Virus record (IMG/VR): IMGVR_UViG_3300020154_000003
Coordinates: 302,039 to 366,038 of that record
Strand: one strand, 5' to 3'
DNA: 64,000 nt
The stretch's first letter is position 1, and every line of letters starts with the position of its first letter. The position numbers were made by a program, and so were the translations under genes. Shown here one piece after another: positions 27,156 to 36,207 of the stretch. Below the pieces are notes generated by a model that was not told the origin of the DNA, searched no databases, and saw only the letters and a list, made by a program, of their open reading frames with translations.

Positions 27156-27989
27156 TTATTGATTTAATGTATCATCATTATCTACTGACCATACAATTAA
27201 TTTTTGCTTTGCAAGAGCGATAAAATCATCCAAATGAGGTGTTTTATCTAAATCTCTTATCTGATCGGTTGAAAACCATGCGTATTCAGTATGCTCTTCG
27301 TTAATAACTACGGCAGGTTGACCCTCAACGGAGGTAACAAACACATATTCTACGCTATCTTCAGAAGTTCTAATCACAAAATCACCAATGAAATCAGTTA
27401 TTTGAAGACCAGCTTCTTCCCAAATTTCTCTTTTAGTCCCTTCCTCAGGAGTTTCGCCTGCTTCAATTTTACCACCAACTAACGCCCATTTATTAGGTTC
27501 CCAATGATCGTCTGGATTACGCTTTACAAGCAATACCTTTTCATCACCATCTCCACGACTAAAAATCACTGCCAAACCATTCTTTTGCAATCCTTCAAAC
27601 TCTTCAGTAATCCCCAAGTTAACAGCACCGCCTTGTGCATGTAGTGTTCTATTATCTAATTGAGGCATGAACATAACGTTAGTATTTTTTTTACTTGCCA
27701 CAAGGTTCCTTTCTGCACCTAATGTTCTTTCCACAAAATCCTTCATGTCCTTTCCACCTGCCAACTCATACTCATCTTTCTGAACGGCAGGATTAGCATA
27801 ATCGAAAAAGTTTTTCAATCTTTTAAGCATGGCATAAGTACAAATACCATTATTTACAATCCATTTTCCTCTTTTCGTACCGTTTGTAACTCCATTAACA
27901 GTTGCAAGCTTTGCACGAATCTTTTCAACGATATGTTGTGGTATTCTATATGGTCTTTCTTTGCTCTTATTATAGAGTTCTCTATTCAT
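27156..27989 (-). CDS. Nudix hydrolase with uncharacterised N-terminal domain
   Basis: Full Nudix box GGKIEAGETPEEGTKREIWEEAGL. Confidence 0.85.
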   Translation of the reverse strand: MNRELYNKSKERPYRIPQHIVEKIRAKLATVNGVTNGTKRGKWIVNNGICTYAMLKRLKNFFDYANPAVQKDEYELAGGKDMKDFVERTLGAERNLVASKKNTNVMFMPQLDNRTLHAQGGAVNLGITEEFEGLQKNGLAVIFSRGDGDEKVLLVKRNPDDHWEPNKWALVGGKIEAGETPEEGTKREIWEEAGLQITDFIGDFVIRTSEDSVEYVFVTSVEGQPAVVINEEHTEYAWFSTDQIRDLDKTPHLDDFIALAKQKLIVWSVDNDDTLNQ

Positions 27990-28531
27990 TACTTCAACTG
28001 TTTTATTAAATCACCTTTATCTCTGTCGGATAAATCCGCGAACAGTGATTTGATTTTCACCACTTTATCGCTCATTAAATCATTATCGTTTTTCTTATTT
28101 TTCAATGAAGAATCTTTTCTTTTAGTAATCACATCTTCAATGATGCTTGCCATTTCAGATTCTGTTAATGTTTGATCTTCCTTACTTTTAGGTTTAAAGA
28201 GATCAGTAATTTTACTTGAAAAGAGCAAATACTTATCCTTAACTTCCTCGCTCAAACCATCCCATCCTTTATCTCCAAGTCCATCGTCACCGTCAAAATA
28301 ATTGTAGGCTACCCTAGCTATTCGTAAATTGATAGGCTCATTACCTTCAGATTCGTTATAGTACCCGAAAATTCCCAAAAAATCGTTGGCATAATGCTGA
28401 GAATGTATCCTCGCATTATGATCCGTGGTTCCGTCTGCCGTTACCTGATTAGGTTGATTCTGTGGTTTATCGTCATTTCCAATCAAATTGCCATCAGAGT
28501 CCAAAATTTCTGAGATTTCACGCTTTTTCAT
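27989..28531 (-). CDS. Hypothetical protein
   Basis: 180-aa ORF coupled to the Nudix gene, upstream motif at 28544. Confidence 0.65.
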   Translation of the reverse strand: MKKREISEILDSDGNLIGNDDKPQNQPNQVTADGTTDHNARIHSQHYANDFLGIFGYYNESEGNEPINLRIARVAYNYFDGDDGLGDKGWDGLSEEVKDKYLLFSSKITDLFKPKSKEDQTLTESEMASIIEDVITKRKDSSLKNKKNDNDLMSDKVVKIKSLFADLSDRDKGDLIKQLK

Positions 28532-28555
28532 AGTTTTTTACTTATAAATACTAGA

Positions 28556-31500
28556 TTAATCATCATCTTCTTCACTATCCTCATCATTATCATCCTCTTC
28601 GTCATAAGCTTCTGCAGCTAACAAGTCATAATATTCATCATCGCTGGTCATTTTCTTCTTTTTGTTCAGTTTTTTCAGCGCAGCAAGTTCGATTGCATAA
28701 TATTCCTCAAAAATCTCAACACCTCTAGGGATGGTTGATAATTTTACCTCATCAGGGATGTTGAATTGGTTTTTGAATTTTTTCACGAATTGGGTTTTCA
28801 ATCCAAAGGTAGCCTTAGACATACCTGCATTTAAAAAGTCGTATTCTTTCATATCCTTATCAGCGAATAAATCTTTACGGGCACAGCTTAAATAAAGCCC
28901 ATTAAAATGATAGAGATCATAAACTCTAAAGTTCTTTATCAGTACGAAATCACCCTTTTCAAGAGTATCATTAACTGATTTAACTACTTTATTCTGATTG
29001 CTTTCCTTCAGCTTATCATTTAAAGTTTTGATCTTTTCTTGGTATTCATCCAACTCTTCCAAAGCATTCTCTGCAGGTAGTTTAAACCCTTTCCAAATCA
29101 ATTCTGGATTATAACCAGTACGGTTCCAGAACTCTAATTCCTTTTCTTCGAGAACTAACGATTCTTCATAGTCATCAGCATCAAAATTTTTCAATTTCAA
29201 TTCATCGCCTCCAAAATATTCTCTTTTCGCAGGGTCTTTAATAAGTATCTGCTTTCTTATTTCAGGGGCGAATCCTTCAAGCAACGCACTAACCCTTTTA
29301 TTGAATGATGCAACATATTTTCCAACGTTATAATCGCCAGTCATCTCAGGGTTTTCTTCCAAATCCTTCGGAGATATTAATTGAGATGCAATTATGTCCT
29401 CTCCCTTTTCATTCTTAATCATGGCACTATCACCATGTCCGGGTTTCGTACCGATATTTACATAATATACATAACTATCTTGTTCAGGTTCTGGTGGCAA
29501 CATATGTGCAGCCTTTTGATATTTTTCTTCTAACGTAGAATCATCCTGACCATAAATTTTTTCATACTCTGCAATGACTTGTTGGTTTCGTTGCTGAATA
29601 AGTAACTCCATGTGCGCCTGCTTGGCCTTCTTTTTACCTGTCTTATCATTCCCTCTATTTACATAGGTGGAGATACTATTTTTCAATTTCTTCTTAGTAG
29701 CAATTTTCTTTAAAGGAATTTGTTTGTAATAAATTTTCTTCAAATACTCATTGTAGTATTCCACAAATTCATCACCCTTACCCATCAAGATCAACTTCAA
29801 ACCTTTGTCAATGAAATCTTCAATATATTCAGACATAGTTTTGGATTTGATTGTATTACCAGTCAACTTGATTTTTGGTGGGACAACCTTTCCAGTTTTT
29901 TCATCAATGCTTTCTTCAGTTAAGTTGGCATAATTGATACGAGACAAGTTTAGTGAACTCTGCCACATACCATCCAAGTCAACTCCGATATAAGGTGAAT
30001 CCATTAGATCGTTGAATTTCTCAACAACCGCTTCAACACCCGTATATTTTTTACCACCACTTTCATATACCCATGCATCTTCAATGGATATTGGCTCTTC
30101 TCTACATACATTTCCCTCAATATCCAATAGAGTAAATTTAGGGTACGAAAAGTTAATACCGTCAGTTACCGCCAGCAACGGTACGAAAGTGTACTTCTTA
30201 AAATAAGTTATCGCTTGACGTAATTGAATACGTCCAGTACATGTAATCCTAGCTGCACAAATGTTATCAGACCAGTTAAAAGCAACACCTGAACCCAAAG
30301 CACCAAACAATGAGTTGTTCAAGATTTTAATAGGTAGCTGCTTAACCTTAAACTTATTTCTCTGATCTTTCGGTAGCGGAGATTTATCACCAGCTAAAAA
30401 CTTAAACTCATTACGAGTCGTAGTCAGGTATAAAAGAATTTTCTTAATAACGCCAGTGATGTCGAAAGTAGGGAAGATACCATAATGCAACTGATTTGAA
30501 GGGTACATACCCTTGAAGTCAATTTTCGTAATATTCTCACTAAACCCTTTTTTAAAACACCTTGCAAGGCCACCAGAGAACTTTTCTTGCTTATCGGGGC
30601 AAGGTATCGCCAATCCATTTTCATAACTCCATGTGGTCATAATCAAGTTCCACACAGCAGCATTACCCATTGTACAAACCCTTTGATATGAGGTTGGTAC
30701 AATTTTAGCCAACAAGAATGAACTTTGATTGTACAGAGAATCTACCTTATCGGTTTCCCACAAGTCATCCAACAAATAACGTCTTACAATGTCAGCACCC
30801 TTAATGAATTTATATTTACCGTACTGTACAGTTTTAGACTTGAGCCACGTAATTGCCTCAGGACTCATTTGAGACAAAATTGAATTTCTTAAATTCTTGC
30901 GAGTCTCTTCATCGGCTTGAGATAACTGTAAATCGTATAAGTGAACAGCTTGATCCTGATATTGTAATGGTACACGTTCATACTCATTATTTTCAGGATT
31001 AATAATATAGACCTTATTCTCACGCCATGTTTCATGAATGAATTCACCATCCACGTACATACGATTAGGTTTTGCAATTTTCTCGAATTTGCAAATATAT
31101 TTTAACTTATTACTTTTTATCTCGCTATTTACTGCTGCAGTCTTTTTAACTGCATGAAGAATATCGAGAATTGAGTAGCCCCACATTTTTGTGGCTTTGT
31201 ATCGCTCAGTAGTGCCTCCGAATTTCACACTACTCTTTTTAGTTTCGTCCTTCTTAATTCTACGACTAAACCTTCTCACTCCATCTTTGTCAACATATTC
31301 AGTGTTGTCTAATGTTGTGCGAATCAACGACAAATTAATACCTAATATCCCTGCTCTCCCAAGAATAAAATCAAAGTCAAAGTCTTCCGAGTTAAATCCT
31401 GCAATTACTGCTGGTTTGATGTGGTTAACTAAGTTAAAGAACTTGATGATTAGACCCTTCTCTTCTTCATCATCATTTTCTTTTTTTACTTCAAGAATTT

Positions 31501-32365
31501 CTTCAAATCCTCGATTATCCCTTACACCTATTTGAAATATTCTACCATTTTGCCATTTCAAACTAGTTGTCTCAATATCGAAAACTAATTTATGTAAGTC
31601 TTCATAATCTTCAAACCCTTTATACAAACGGCAACCTGTCGATATGAAAAATTGTTCATCTGGCTTAATGGAATAGAAGAGGTGTTTATATTTATATTCA
31701 TTCTTTATCAATTTCAGTAAGAAATCACAAAGATCATTCGCCCATTTCAGAACGCTTTTCTTAAAAACATTTCCAGCAAACTCGTAATAAGCTTTACTGA
31801 TAAAGTTCAAAGCTTCTATTTTATTATCGACCTTACTACCACCTTTATCATCGTCTTTTTTCGTGTCTTTGTTATTTTGTTTTAACAACTTAACAACGTC
31901 ACTATGAAATTCCTCATTATAAAAGGAGGGGAGTGGTAATGGAAATTTAATGTCTTTGAATCTTGTCAATTCGTATTTTTCCCACATATCAATACCGCCT
32001 TGCTTCAAAAATTCAAGAATGGCATTGTATGATTTAGTACTTGATACTTTGATAGTAAATCCATCTTCGAGCCTTGGATGCTTACCAGTAGCAAGATTCT
32101 CCATTTTGATCTCGAACTTTTGTTCGGCATCTCTGCGTTTATTTATGTCGCCACCAAACAGTTCAATACCGTTTTTTTCAAGGTTCTTAAGATAAACGAA
32201 TGGAGTATATTGTATTCTTTTAAGTGCAGGTTCCTTTTCAGGATGATGAATTATACAATCTGCATAATTCGTGTGATAGTATGTTTCAACATTAACTAAA
32301 TACTTTAAATCGTTGTGCCCTTCTAAAAATGAACTAATTTCTTTTATTATCGCTTCTTTCTGCAT
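28556..32365 (-). CDS. Family B DNA polymerase with 3'-5' exonuclease
   Basis: ExoI FDIET, ExoII FNSEDFDF, ExoIII YLLDD; motif A DFKGMYPS, motif B KILNNSLFG, motif C AVTDG. Confidence 0.92.
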   Translation of the reverse strand: MQKEAIIKEISSFLEGHNDLKYLVNVETYYHTNYADCIIHHPEKEPALKRIQYTPFVYLKNLEKNGIELFGGDINKRRDAEQKFEIKMENLATGKHPRLEDGFTIKVSSTKSYNAILEFLKQGGIDMWEKYELTRFKDIKFPLPLPSFYNEEFHSDVVKLLKQNNKDTKKDDDKGGSKVDNKIEALNFISKAYYEFAGNVFKKSVLKWANDLCDFLLKLIKNEYKYKHLFYSIKPDEQFFISTGCRLYKGFEDYEDLHKLVFDIETTSLKWQNGRIFQIGVRDNRGFEEILEVKKENDDEEEKGLIIKFFNLVNHIKPAVIAGFNSEDFDFDFILGRAGILGINLSLIRTTLDNTEYVDKDGVRRFSRRIKKDETKKSSVKFGGTTERYKATKMWGYSILDILHAVKKTAAVNSEIKSNKLKYICKFEKIAKPNRMYVDGEFIHETWRENKVYIINPENNEYERVPLQYQDQAVHLYDLQLSQADEETRKNLRNSILSQMSPEAITWLKSKTVQYGKYKFIKGADIVRRYLLDDLWETDKVDSLYNQSSFLLAKIVPTSYQRVCTMGNAAVWNLIMTTWSYENGLAIPCPDKQEKFSGGLARCFKKGFSENITKIDFKGMYPSNQLHYGIFPTFDITGVIKKILLYLTTTRNEFKFLAGDKSPLPKDQRNKFKVKQLPIKILNNSLFGALGSGVAFNWSDNICAARITCTGRIQLRQAITYFKKYTFVPLLAVTDGINFSYPKFTLLDIEGNVCREEPISIEDAWVYESGGKKYTGVEAVVEKFNDLMDSPYIGVDLDGMWQSSLNLSRINYANLTEESIDEKTGKVVPPKIKLTGNTIKSKTMSEYIEDFIDKGLKLILMGKGDEFVEYYNEYLKKIYYKQIPLKKIATKKKLKNSISTYVNRGNDKTGKKKAKQAHMELLIQQRNQQVIAEYEKIYGQDDSTLEEKYQKAAHMLPPEPEQDSYVYYVNIGTKPGHGDSAMIKNEKGEDIIASQLISPKDLEENPEMTGDYNVGKYVASFNKRVSALLEGFAPEIRKQILIKDPAKREYFGGDELKLKNFDADDYEESLVLEEKELEFWNRTGYNPELIWKGFKLPAENALEELDEYQEKIKTLNDKLKESNQNKVVKSVNDTLEKGDFVLIKNFRVYDLYHFNGLYLSCARKDLFADKDMKEYDFLNAGMSKATFGLKTQFVKKFKNQFNIPDEVKLSTIPRGVEIFEEYYAIELAALKKLNKKKKMTSDDEYYDLLAAEAYDEEDDNDEDSEEDDD

Positions 32366-32706
32366 TTTGTAATCTTAAGCGTCTTCTTTGACGGATTGTA
32401 AATATAGTTTTTATCTTGAAAAATACACACATGTTTCTTTAAATATTTTTCAGGATTGGGAGGGAATACGTTGATTATCCACAGTGCTGACATCAAATTA
32501 CCACCAAATATTTCAACCAGAGAATAATCTGAAGAAATTAAGAATTCCATCGATAATTTTTCAACTATTTCTGGCCTTATTTCCTTTTGTGTGATTAAAA
32601 ATCGACCACATTCATTAACTATTTCTCGTAAACGTTCTTCGGTAAAATCTTGTATGAGAAAACTTTCTAGTATTTCTTGTATAGAACTGTAAGGATATTC
32701 ACTCAT
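32347..32706 (-). CDS. Hypothetical protein
   Basis: 119-aa ORF overlapping the helicase stop and polymerase start. Confidence 0.55.
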   Translation of the reverse strand: MSEYPYSSIQEILESFLIQDFTEERLREIVNECGRFLITQKEIRPEIVEKLSMEFLISSDYSLVEIFGGNLMSALWIINVFPPNPEKYLKKHVCIFQDKNYIYNPSKKTLKITKCRKKR

Positions 32707-34520
32707 TTTTTATATTTCTTCCTTAAGAAAGCAAGGACTTCTGACAAGACAGTTTCATCTACATTGGATTTGTAATCCTCATTGTCCATTACTTTAGTTA
32801 TTTCCTTTCTCTTCTTTTCAATCATATTGAATACATGCTCATCAATACTATCCTTTATAATTATTGGATAAATGAATACCGTGTCTTTTTGCCCGATCCT
32901 ATGTAAACGATCAGATACTTGATCATATTCACCCACACTAAATGGTAACGAGGTCATAAATAACTTGCTTGCTGCTGTTAGAGTAAGTCCATACTTTGTT
33001 GTAGCCACACTAGCAATAAAAACTTTGGCTTTTCCGTTAGGGTCTTGGAAATCGTTCTTTACCCTATTTCTTTCAATTTCATCTTGATCGCCAGTATGAA
33101 GTACCGCAACGTCCTTCCCTATTTTTTCATAAAGTTTAAGAAGGGGAGGTTTGAACATATCAACGATTACTGCTTTCTCACCCTCATCCAATAATCTATG
33201 TGTTAAATCGGTAACTGCATCAATCTTCAATAAAGAAGTGTATTGTCTTAGTCTCAGCATGATTGTGAGTACGTTAACTGCACTCATCTCATCGGACGAG
33301 AAGATTTCATTAGCAACTCCTTCTTCAATCTTATTGTATGTTTCGAGTTGGTCGGGGTTCATCTCAATGACAATTCTATTATAGATTTTGTCAGGTAAGT
33401 TTTTAAGAACATCAACCTTTCTCTTGCGATATGTATATGGTGTAATTTTGTGGAATAACTCTTCCAATTTGGCCATCCCTTCTTCGAACCTCCAACCACC
33501 GCGAACATTTTTGTCCTGAACCATTCCGCAATAGCTTTCATAAAAGACTTTCTTGGTAGGAAAATCGAGAGGTGCAATCTGATTCAAGATTGTGTAAAGT
33601 TCTATCGCTTTATTTGGTGCAGGAGTACCTGAAAGAAATACTTTACATGGAATTTCTTTAAAAATTCGTTTAAAATTCTTGTAAGTGTTCGAATCAGTAT
33701 TCTTCAAAAGATGTGACTCATCACAAATGATACATTCAACAAATCCTAAGTCAAGATCAAGAAATTTTTTCATTGTCTTTTTCTTATCACCACCATTAAA
33801 GTAGTCATAATTAACAATGACATATTTAGCTTCCTTGATTGAATATTTATTGTGTTTAAAATTTATAATGTGCGCCTTGGAGCCTCGACTAAACTTATCA
33901 ACCTCATCGTAATAATTGAATTTTAAACTGTTAGGAGTAATTACAAATACCTTTTTAAAGCCCATCATCTCAGCGAAGGCAATGGAGCACAAGGTCTTCC
34001 CTAATCCCATTTCTAATGAAAGAAGACCAGATTTGACCTTTTTAAGAAACATTGCAGCAACAACCTGATGCGGATATAATTTAGTACCTTCCTTTAAGTA
34101 CCTTAATACTTCAGGTTCATACTGCTGGTAGTTTTTTTCGAGTTCATCTTTAAAGGCAATCGCTTCGGTATTTTTTAGCCGCAACGCCTCTAACTTGTTA
34201 ACCTTTTCAACCTCAATTTCATCAAGTTTTTTTATTTGGGCGAGGAATTCTTGTCTACCTTCTACACCAAATTCGAATTTGATTTTTTCTGATCTCTTGT
34301 ATGATTTAATAATTTCATACAATCCTTTTGTATGGACATGCCAGCAATGATCTTCTACACTGAAGGTTCTCAATTCTGCTGGCAACGCTTTTATACGGTC
34401 GTTGAGTTGGTTATTTGACAAAAACCTAACCAGATACCATGCTTGTTTTTTAATTCTTTCGCAGGTAACAACAAATACAGGTTTGGTTAATATAACACCT
34501 CCACGCCCAAAATTACTCAT
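32703..34520 (-). CDS. SNF2-family (SF2) helicase/ATPase
   Basis: LYPHQ, EMGLGKT, CDESH, LSGTP, GLTLT, DRLHRIGQ. Confidence 0.92.
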   Translation of the reverse strand: MSNFGRGGVILTKPVFVVTCERIKKQAWYLVRFLSNNQLNDRIKALPAELRTFSVEDHCWHVHTKGLYEIIKSYKRSEKIKFEFGVEGRQEFLAQIKKLDEIEVEKVNKLEALRLKNTEAIAFKDELEKNYQQYEPEVLRYLKEGTKLYPHQVVAAMFLKKVKSGLLSLEMGLGKTLCSIAFAEMMGFKKVFVITPNSLKFNYYDEVDKFSRGSKAHIINFKHNKYSIKEAKYVIVNYDYFNGGDKKKTMKKFLDLDLGFVECIICDESHLLKNTDSNTYKNFKRIFKEIPCKVFLSGTPAPNKAIELYTILNQIAPLDFPTKKVFYESYCGMVQDKNVRGGWRFEEGMAKLEELFHKITPYTYRKRKVDVLKNLPDKIYNRIVIEMNPDQLETYNKIEEGVANEIFSSDEMSAVNVLTIMLRLRQYTSLLKIDAVTDLTHRLLDEGEKAVIVDMFKPPLLKLYEKIGKDVAVLHTGDQDEIERNRVKNDFQDPNGKAKVFIASVATTKYGLTLTAASKLFMTSLPFSVGEYDQVSDRLHRIGQKDTVFIYPIIIKDSIDEHVFNMIEKKRKEITKVMDNEDYKSNVDETVLSEVLAFLRKKYKK

Positions 34521-34595
34521 TTCGTAAATATATTTAATTATTTGAATTTGTTACAATATTCTCACAATATTTGTGAAATATGTGACAGAAATGAA

Positions 34596-34988
34596 TTATA
34601 TCACCGTAGTTTTGGTGATGCTGTCTTGGATGATGATATTTATTTTATGATCTACAGGAAAACTGATTTTTCCGCAATATTTACCTAAAAAATCAACCTT
34701 GAATTCGCCTTCAAAGTGCCCTGCTTTCGAAGTTTCACTTAACGAAAATTTGTAAACTAAAGTAAATTTATCCTCATCGGGATAGTTGATCCTATCATCG
34801 TTAATTAAGAGTTTGGCCTCTTTGTTCGCTATTTTATACACATCATCAGCGACATTATACATAGAAAATGTAACAGCACAGTCCTCCAACATATCTTCGG
34901 TGATGTCGTATTTTTCCATTAACCTTTCAGTTAAGGGAAATTTCAACATTGGTAAAGTGCTATTCTTTTTTATGAAAAAAGTCATCAA
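34596..34988 (-). CDS. BppU-N-like beta-sandwich structural protein
   Basis: FFIKKNSTLP..L..VTFSM...Y.F...T.KAG.FEGEF pattern. Confidence 0.45.
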   Translation of the reverse strand: MMTFFIKKNSTLPMLKFPLTERLMEKYDITEDMLEDCAVTFSMYNVADDVYKIANKEAKLLINDDRINYPDEDKFTLVYKFSLSETSKAGHFEGEFKVDFLGKYCGKISFPVDHKINIIIQDSITKTTVI

Positions 34989-34989
34989 A

Positions 34990-35361
34990 TTATAGTTGTT
35001 CAGGTTCCTCTTTACCGCCTTTGTCTATTTTTTCTTGGCGAAATTTATCCATTGCTACCCGACCAGTAAGTGCAAAAAGTATGATAGCATCTAAACTCCA
35101 AAACACTGCTTCAGTCGCATGTAAGTCCAAAAACACGTCAGCTAAGACGATTACAGGGTATAAAATCATGCAAATAGTTATGATAATTTCAGGCAATTCG
35201 AGTACTCCATCCTTACCTTTAATGCCCTCCCATAAATCCTTCTTCTTTTTAATACTTATATACAATAAGTATAATAATACAGAACCCATGATTACAAAAC
35301 CGATGAGTTTCTCAATTGAGATCGTTGAAAATTGATTGAGGATGTGTTCGAATAAGAGCAT
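34990..35361 (-). CDS. Small membrane protein, holin-like candidate
   Basis: Three hydrophobic segments and a charged C-tail (KFRQEKIDKGGKEEPEQL). Confidence 0.45.
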   Translation of the reverse strand: MLLFEHILNQFSTISIEKLIGFVIMGSVLLYLLYISIKKKKDLWEGIKGKDGVLELPEIIITICMILYPVIVLADVFLDLHATEAVFWSLDAIILFALTGRVAMDKFRQEKIDKGGKEEPEQL

Positions 35362-35393
35362 TGGGTCGTTGTTTATTAATAAATACGTATATC

Positions 35394-35660
35394 TTATAGT
35401 TTAGCTGCTCTTACTCGCTTAAATTCAATAATTTCAGTGAACCTTTTTTTATCACCACAGTAGCCCATACCTGTAAAAAAGTCTGGATTAGCATCATGTA
35501 TAACTAAACCGTCCTCTATCAATTGAGTAAATTCTGCTGCTTTTTCGAGTATTAATTCTTTATTTTCAAGAGTTACAGGAGTTACTTGTAGTAATTCAGC
35601 AATCTCCCTTGTTTTAGTTCTACGATATTCTAAATCGGCAATCATTTCTTCTTTTGTCAT
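35394..35660 (-). CDS. Hypothetical protein, possible fibre accessory
   Basis: 88-aa ORF downstream of the fibre/LRR genes. Confidence 0.55.
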   Translation of the reverse strand: MTKEEMIADLEYRRTKTREIAELLQVTPVTLENKELILEKAAEFTQLIEDGLVIHDANPDFFTGMGYCGDKKRFTEIIEFKRVRAAKL

Positions 35661-35688
35661 TGTATTATAAAAATTTTACGTTGTGTTA

Positions 35689-36171
35689 TTATTCAATACC
35701 CAAGTATGTGTTTATTTTTCCCACAAAATAATCTTGATGCCCTTGCGTCCAAAAAGAACCAAAATCAGTAGTACTGATCAAAAGAATTTGATTTTTAGCT
35801 TGGATAACATTACCCATTTGAAGGGCAAATAGTACATATTGAAAAGCATCAATCATTTGTTTATATATTTCAGCAGGAACGCTGGTTTCTTGCTCCTGAG
35901 CGTTAAATTCGTCCAGTAATCCTTGGCAGAATGCCTTATCTTTTAACGTTTTTTTCATATCTTCTAGTAATGGAATGTCAATATTATTTTGTTCAATAAA
36001 GTCCAATATCGGTTGAGGGGATAGCCCAAATGATAATGCTTGAGGGAGTATAGCTTCTGCTCCACCCTGTAGTATCCCCATAGTTTTTTCATTAAAAGCA
36101 GTTAATCCATCTGCAGATAATAAGATGGTTGTCACTTCTTTTGTTTCTATTTCATAAACTATTCGTATCAT
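35689..36171 (-). CDS. Hypothetical protein, possible fibre assembly chaperone
   Basis: 160 aa directly downstream of the LRR genes, with its own upstream motif. Confidence 0.5.
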   Translation of the reverse strand: MIRIVYEIETKEVTTILLSADGLTAFNEKTMGILQGGAEAILPQALSFGLSPQPILDFIEQNNIDIPLLEDMKKTLKDKAFCQGLLDEFNAQEQETSVPAEIYKQMIDAFQYVLFALQMGNVIQAKNQILLISTTDFGSFWTQGHQDYFVGKINTYLGIE

Positions 36172-36207
36172 ATCACTTATTTTTTATAAATACTTATTTA
36201 TCAACTT

